From Calditrichaceae bacterium (GTDB lineage Bacteria; Calditrichota; Calditrichia; Calditrichales; JBFXGD01), in NCBI GenBank assembly GCA_050173015.1, contig JBFXLE010000005.1:172120-236119 (forward strand): DNA of 64,000 nucleotides, read 5' to 3'. Positions 58,520 through 64,000 of the stretch are shown here, piece by piece (position 1 is the first letter of the stretch; the number at the start of each line of letters is the position of its first letter). The notes beneath the pieces are model-generated. The model ran no database searches and was not told the origin of the DNA. It saw only the letters and a list, made by a program, of their open reading frames with translations. The position numbers were made by a program, and so were the translations under genes.

Positions 58520-60025
58520 ATGAAAAAAACACTCATTTCAGTAATCCTGTTGATCTTGATAAGTATCCCGGTTTCCACCAGCGGCAGGCAGGTAAAACAG
58601 GTGGTCATCGGTTCGAAAAAATTTACCGAGTCTGTTATCATCGGCAATATTATAGATCAGCTTTTACAAAATGCTAAAATTAAATCTGAGCACAAAAAGG
58701 AACTGGGAGGCACCCGGATTTTATGGAATGCTTTACTCAACGGAGAGATAGATATCTATCCTGAATACACCGGAACCATCGTAAAAGAAATCCTAAATAA
58801 TGAGCAGATGTCAAATTTTCAAGATATACGCTCCGTTCTGGGGAAGCACGGAATAGGAATGACCGGTTCCCTTGGTTTTAACAATACCTATGCAATCGGA
58901 ATGAGGGATTTGATCGCGGATGAGATGAATATTCGAACAATTTCTGACTTAAAAAATTATCCGGAGTTAAAATTTGGTTTTACGAATGAGTTTATGGATC
59001 GGGGCGACGGCTGGCCCGGGTTACGCGAGACCTATGGGCTGCCTCAGGACAAGGTCACGGGTCTCGACCACGATCTCGCCTATAAAGGCTTGATGAGCGG
59101 TTCTATTCAGGTAACGGATTTATATTCAACCGATGCTGAAATCATCCACTATAATCTTCGGATTTTGGAAGATGATTTGCATTACTTCACCGAATATAAA
59201 GCGGTTCTGCTATATCGCCTCGATCTTGAGGACAGAGTTCCGGGTAGCATCGAAATATTACAAAAGGCCGCAGGCCGGATTTCAGAAGAGCATATGATCC
59301 GGCTCAATAGCCTTGTGCGAATTGAAGGTTTCCCGGAAGCGAAAGCGGCCGCGGAATTTGTGAGAGAAAATATGGGAATCGACACCGGTGTGAAGACGCA
59401 AACAGCGTATGACAGGATACGCCGGCATACTTTTGAACATTTGTATTTAGTATTTATATCATTATCCACGGCTATTCTGGTATCAATTCCGCTCGGTATC
59501 GCCGCATCCGTTAATGCCAGGTTTGGAGCGGGAATTCTTGGCCTTGTCGGAATCATTCAGACCATACCTTCGTTGGCTTTACTTGTATTCATGATACCGC
59601 TATTGGGTATCGGAGGGCCTCCGGCAATAGTTGCTCTGTTTTTGTACAGCCTTCTGCCGATTGTCCGGAATACCTATACGGGTATTCATGATATTCCCGG
59701 CCCGATAAGCGAATCTGCCCGCGCGCTGGGATTGCCCCGTTTGATCAGGCTTTGGAGGATTGAGCTGCCAATGGCCTCCGCTTCAATTCTTGCCGGCATC
59801 AAAACTTCGGCGGTGATCAATATTGGAACAGCCACCCTGGGCGCGTTAATCGGCGCGGGTGGATACGGGCAACCGATTCTGACGGGAATACGGCTGGATA
59901 ATACGGGTTTAATCCTGCAGGGGGCAGTTCCCGCGGCCCTGCTCGCGCTTCTGGTTCAGTGGGGATTTGATTTGGCGGATCGTGTATTGATACCAAAAGG
60001 CCTGAGAATTAAGGCAAGTGACTAA
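58520..60025 (+). CDS. Fused betaine-type substrate-binding protein + permease (OpuBC/OsmF/EgtU-like)
   Basis: GSKKFTE, YPEYTGT, NNTYA, EF.DR.DG, YSTD in the binding domain; QTIPSLAL, LPIVRNTY, EAA-loop, IGAGG.G in the permease. Confidence 0.9.
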   Translation: MKKTLISVILLILISIPVSTSGRQVKQVVIGSKKFTESVIIGNIIDQLLQNAKIKSEHKKELGGTRILWNALLNGEIDIYPEYTGTIVKEILNNEQMSNFQDIRSVLGKHGIGMTGSLGFNNTYAIGMRDLIADEMNIRTISDLKNYPELKFGFTNEFMDRGDGWPGLRETYGLPQDKVTGLDHDLAYKGLMSGSIQVTDLYSTDAEIIHYNLRILEDDLHYFTEYKAVLLYRLDLEDRVPGSIEILQKAAGRISEEHMIRLNSLVRIEGFPEAKAAAEFVRENMGIDTGVKTQTAYDRIRRHTFEHLYLVFISLSTAILVSIPLGIAASVNARFGAGILGLVGIIQTIPSLALLVFMIPLLGIGGPPAIVALFLYSLLPIVRNTYTGIHDIPGPISESARALGLPRLIRLWRIELPMASASILAGIKTSAVINIGTATLGALIGAGGYGQPILTGIRLDNTGLILQGAVPAALLALLVQWGFDLADRVLIPKGLRIKASD

Positions 60026-60057
60026 ACAAATGCTGTGAGATTGAAGGAGATTAATTG

Positions 60058-61056
60058 ATGGTAACGGCAGTTATGAAGGAAAGATTTGAACTTATCACAT
60101 CAGATCAGGAAAGTACGGCAAACGAATTTTCGAAGGATGTGGCAGAAGGGCTCTCGGGCGCGCCAAAACGACTACCAAGTGTGTATTTCTACGACAAAGA
60201 AGGCTCACTGCTATTTGAAAAAATATGCGACCTGCCCGAATATTACCTCACAAGAACCGAAACAGAAATTCTGAATGAATACGCCGATGAAATTTCTTCA
60301 AAATTCACCGAAGATATTATGCTGGTGGAATTGGGCAGCGGCAGTTCGGCAAAAACGCGGATTCTGATTGAATCATTTATACGACGCTTTGGGAGCGTGT
60401 GTTATTATCCGATTGATATTTCGCGCACCATGCTTGAGAATAGCTCGAAGGCACTGTTAAAAGACTACCCGGGACTGGAAATTACCGCGGTTGCCGCAAG
60501 GTACAGGGAGGGTCTCAATCTCCTGAAGAATTATTCGGACCGGCCAAAGCTAATCCTCTGGCTGGGATCGAGTATCGGTAATTTCGACCATGAAGAATCC
60601 GTCGAATTTTTAATCCGTCTGCGGGAAACTATAACATCTAATGATGGCCTGATTGTAGGGGCGGATCTTCGGAAAAGCAGAAACATTCTTGAAAGAGCGT
60701 ATGATGACAGTCAGGGAGTAACGGCGGCTTTCAATTTAAATATCCTGAAAAGAATAAACAGAGAATTGAACGCTGATTTTAATCCCGGGACTTTTCGCCA
60801 CCACGCGCATTATGATGAAGAATCCGGCCGGGTTGAAATGCATCTGATCAGTAAAATTGATCAATCGGTTCAGGTCGGTGAAGAAAAATATTCATTCGCG
60901 GAAGGTGAAAGTATCTGGACCGAGTCATCATACAAGTACAGTTTGAATGAGTTTTCTGAAATTGCGGATCAGGCCGGTTTTGCTGTTGAGAAGGTATGGA
61001 TGGATGAAGAAACCAGGTTTAGTTTGCAGTATCTTATCCCAAAAGGGACATTGTAA
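60058..61056 (+). CDS. egtD: L-histidine N-alpha-methyltransferase EgtD
   Basis: PKRLPS.YFYD..GS.LFE.I..LPEYYLTR.E, ELGSGS..KT, GSSIGN, AYDD.QGVTAAFN.N, TE.SYK. Confidence 0.93.
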   Translation: MVTAVMKERFELITSDQESTANEFSKDVAEGLSGAPKRLPSVYFYDKEGSLLFEKICDLPEYYLTRTETEILNEYADEISSKFTEDIMLVELGSGSSAKTRILIESFIRRFGSVCYYPIDISRTMLENSSKALLKDYPGLEITAVAARYREGLNLLKNYSDRPKLILWLGSSIGNFDHEESVEFLIRLRETITSNDGLIVGADLRKSRNILERAYDDSQGVTAAFNLNILKRINRELNADFNPGTFRHHAHYDEESGRVEMHLISKIDQSVQVGEEKYSFAEGESIWTESSYKYSLNEFSEIADQAGFAVEKVWMDEETRFSLQYLIPKGTL

Positions 61057-61096
61057 TCTGAGCCCGCTAAAAATCGATAAGCAGAAAGGTAGTATC

Positions 61097-62359
61097 ATGG
61101 AAAGATCAGAAATACTTCAAAAATTTATTAGAGTACGGAAATTTACAGAAGAATTATGCGGAACGCTGGAAACTGAAGATTATGTCATTCAGCCCGTGGC
61201 GGATGTGAGTCCGGCAAAATGGCATCTGGCGCATACCACATGGTTTTTTGAAACGTTTCTTCTGCGTGAATTTGAGCGTGATTTTAAGCCGTATCATCAT
61301 TTATATAACTTTCTGTATAATTCCTATTACTATCACGCCGGCGAACGATGGGACCGCCCGGAACGCGGTAACTTATCACGACCTACCGTTAAGGAAATCT
61401 ATCATTACAGGGAAGCTGTAACCGGAAAAATGCAGATTCTGATTGACCGTGTGAGTGAAACCCAATGGAAGGAATTTAGTGACAGGGTCATATTAGGGAT
61501 CAACCATGAACAGCAGCATCAGGAACTCCTCCTGACCGACATAAAATATCTGTTCGGCCTGAATCCCTTGTACCCGGTTTATAAAAAAGAAAAATCCAAT
61601 ACGGGACAATCCTCACTTCCGGAATCTTCGTTTATCACCATTAAAAGCGGGATGAGAACGCTCGGATTTGGAGACAAAGGATTTTGTTATGATAATGAGC
61701 AGCCCGCTCATCAGGTTTATGTAAATGACTTCAAGCTGCAAAACCGGCTGGTGACCAATGGAGAATATCTCGATTTTATTAAGGATAATGGCTACAATGA
61801 TTTCAGGCACTGGCTTTCGGACGGCTGGGACGCTGTTCAGGTGAATAAATGGAAAGCGCCTCTTTACTGGCGAAAGATTGATGACGCCTGGTTTGAGTTT
61901 ACGCTTTCAGGTCTGAGAAAATTGGATCTCCATGCTCCGGTAACTCATATCAGTCACTACGAAGCGGATGCGTACGCGTCATGGATGAAAAGACGTTTGC
62001 CCACTGAAGCGGAATGGGAGATCGCGGCCCGGGAGCAAAAAATTTCGTCAGAAGAAGGTAATTTTGTCGATGACGGATATTTTCATCCGGTCATGCCCAA
62101 AAATCCGTCAGGCAGATTAACGCAGATGTTCGGAGATGTTTGGGAATGGACGGGCAGCGCGTATCTGCCGCATCCGGGATACCGCCGGGCCGGAGGCGCG
62201 TTAGGAGAATATAACGGTAAATTTATGAGTAATCAGATGGTGTTGAAAGGCGGTTCCTGCGCGACATCCCGTGATCATATCCGCTTGACATACCGAAATT
62301 TCTTTCAACCGGATAAACGCTGGCAGTTTACCGGTATCCGCCTGGCCGGGGATGTATAA
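61097..62359 (+). CDS. egtB: Ergothioneine biosynthesis sulfoxide synthase EgtB
   Basis: DinB-like SPAKWHLAH and HEQQHQE iron ligands; NSYY loop; FGE-sulfatase domain (RLPTEAEWE, GDVWEW, YRNFF). Confidence 0.93.
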   Translation: MERSEILQKFIRVRKFTEELCGTLETEDYVIQPVADVSPAKWHLAHTTWFFETFLLREFERDFKPYHHLYNFLYNSYYYHAGERWDRPERGNLSRPTVKEIYHYREAVTGKMQILIDRVSETQWKEFSDRVILGINHEQQHQELLLTDIKYLFGLNPLYPVYKKEKSNTGQSSLPESSFITIKSGMRTLGFGDKGFCYDNEQPAHQVYVNDFKLQNRLVTNGEYLDFIKDNGYNDFRHWLSDGWDAVQVNKWKAPLYWRKIDDAWFEFTLSGLRKLDLHAPVTHISHYEADAYASWMKRRLPTEAEWEIAAREQKISSEEGNFVDDGYFHPVMPKNPSGRLTQMFGDVWEWTGSAYLPHPGYRRAGGALGEYNGKFMSNQMVLKGGSCATSRDHIRLTYRNFFQPDKRWQFTGIRLAGDV

Positions 62360-62844
62360 AAAATTCGTAACGGCAGCGCGTGTTTCAATTTTAAGAATAA
62401 TTCTCTGGTGCATTAAGGTAGGGTTTGTATATCGTTTATCCGCAATGAGGATAAAAATATAAATTTCCGCTAAAAACGTCATGATTTTCTTAGTTGGTTA
62501 AAGAAAATGTCTTTTGGTAGCCGTCCGCATCAATATACCTAACGAAAAAATATCTTTTTTATTGACTGGCGGAATAGACATAGCTATGTTCTTATAAAGA
62601 AACCCCGCGTTTTGCTTTTGAATATTATGTTGATTGTTAAAAAATTCTGGTTTTTACAATTTTTTTTGAAGATCATTGTTAAAGAAATGAACCCGGAAAT
62701 CTTAATGATAAAATTGTTACCACAACTCACAAAATTATCAATCTAAATTTTACACGGAATGGTGAATTCATTTTATGTAAATCAAACTGTGTAAATTTTG
62801 TTTATAATAGAGGTTAGGGTTGTGATTTTAAAAAGGGAATAGCT

Positions 62845-63915
62845 ATGAAATATTTAAAAACAACTCTTATTCAATTTAGTATTTTGGCATTCTGTTATGG
62901 ACAAAGTTCGGCATTTTTTGAATTTAATACATCTCGTTACGCCAGAGTCGTATCACTGGGAAATGCTTTTACCGGATTAGCGGATGACATTGAAACTGTT
63001 TATTATAATTCAGCAGGACTGGCAAACCTTGATTACTATTCAGTTGCTTACTCAAGAGGACAAGGTTTTGCTTTTATTACGAATGATTATGTTGCAGATA
63101 ATATTGCGGTATTAATCCCTGTGTTTGATAGGATAGGTAAAATTGCTTTATCTTTAGATCGTCTTGATTATGAATTTGATGATTATAGTGAATCCTTATT
63201 TCGGCTACACTATGCTAAAAAAATTTTTAAAAATTTGTCAATTGGAACCAGTATAAATTTTTATCATTTATCCGCGGACTCTTATACTGAAGTAAGTGAT
63301 CCAGGCAGCAATGACAGACAGTTTACCGGTAATGCGTTTGATATTAGCGTATCGGCGCTTTATTCAATGCCAGTGAGGTTTATCCCGGGTATATACAATG
63401 AATCACGCATTGGTTTTCAAATGCAAAACCTATTTGATACAGAAATACATTATTCAAATGAATTACCATCGGAATCAAAGTACCAAACTTTTCGCGCGGG
63501 AATATCAACAATTATGATTCCGAAGTTCCCAAAAATAAATTCATTGAATCCTTTAAAGGTAATAATTGTGGCCGATGCAGTCTTTTATGGTAGCAATTAT
63601 AATTTTGATGTTTGGCAGCCTAATTATGGCATCGAAATAAAAATTTTTGAAATTCTTAATTTGAGATATGGTAGAGAAAATGAAGAAGAAATAAAAAACT
63701 ATTATGATTATTCACCTCAGCATCCGGTCAGCAGATATGGATTTGGTGTTGAATTTCCAATTCATAAATTTATTTCAGAATATGAAAGATTGATGTTATC
63801 CTTTGATTACAGTTACTCTGATTGGGATAAACTTGACGAGTCAAAGCCATTTGGTATCTCAAACGACTTACCAAATAGAGAATCGTATAGTATAAAATTG
63901 TTACTACAATTTTAG
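62845..63915 (+). CDS. PorV/UPF0164-like outer-membrane beta-barrel protein
   Basis: Signal peptide; AR..SLGNAFTGLADD…YYNSAGLA N-terminal motif; amphipathic strands; C-terminal Phe. Confidence 0.7.
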   Translation: MKYLKTTLIQFSILAFCYGQSSAFFEFNTSRYARVVSLGNAFTGLADDIETVYYNSAGLANLDYYSVAYSRGQGFAFITNDYVADNIAVLIPVFDRIGKIALSLDRLDYEFDDYSESLFRLHYAKKIFKNLSIGTSINFYHLSADSYTEVSDPGSNDRQFTGNAFDISVSALYSMPVRFIPGIYNESRIGFQMQNLFDTEIHYSNELPSESKYQTFRAGISTIMIPKFPKINSLNPLKVIIVADAVFYGSNYNFDVWQPNYGIEIKIFEILNLRYGRENEEEIKNYYDYSPQHPVSRYGFGVEFPIHKFISEYERLMLSFDYSYSDWDKLDESKPFGISNDLPNRESYSIKLLLQF

Positions 63916-64000
63916 AGAATTGTAGACCTTACAATGCAATTAAGCAACAACTTGAAAATCACCGGCCGCTTATTTTTGTGGCTTATCGCCCCGTTAAATT

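Noticed and set aside
60947-61096. N-terminal extension of EgtB overlapping egtD (possible fusion or frameshift)
   Set aside because: egtD has a complete C-terminus and stop at 61056; EgtB homology starts at ATG 61097 after an AAAGG RBS.
62516-62590. Possible riboswitch/ncRNA hairpin after egtB
   Set aside because: Only an imperfect stem (TCCGC…TCAATA/TATTGA…GCGGA); matches no riboswitch consensus I recognise.

Overview
Gene-dense bacterial chromosomal segment with about 50 CDSs. I saw no rRNA, tRNA, CRISPR array or transposase. Two secreted enzymes carry 'NYPNPFNP' T9SS/FlgD-type C-terminal sorting domains, there is a PorV-like gene, and many Q-rule signal peptides; this suggests a Calditrichota/KSB1/FCB-related organism (inference). 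Most genes are ordinary: ABC-2 exporter, Ada/AlkA repair, MscS, EamA, rubrerythrin, OPT transporter, FGGY kinase, dCMP deaminase, GH31, a LarA homologue, a hybrid histidine kinase and SseA-SufE. Three regions stand out. (1) 42.5-50.6 kb: a signal-peptide-bearing, glucan-water-dikinase-like His/ATP-grasp enzyme, an ATP/ADP-translocase (NTT/TLC)-HEAT membrane protein and two exported PBP/class-A-like serine hydrolases. This is a candidate system for exporting ATP and using it for periplasmic phosphorylation. (2) 56.9-62.4 kb: an apparent DUF5996 - betaine-type ABC transporter - egtD - egtB operon for ergothioneine synthesis plus transport. (3) Non-coding composite repeats: a ~476-bp tandem duplication of heptamer tracts and hairpins at 21.65-22.67 kb, a third partial copy at 26.6 kb, a 21-bp periodic array and a REPIN-like nested palindrome. 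All family assignments come from motif recognition by eye, not database searches.
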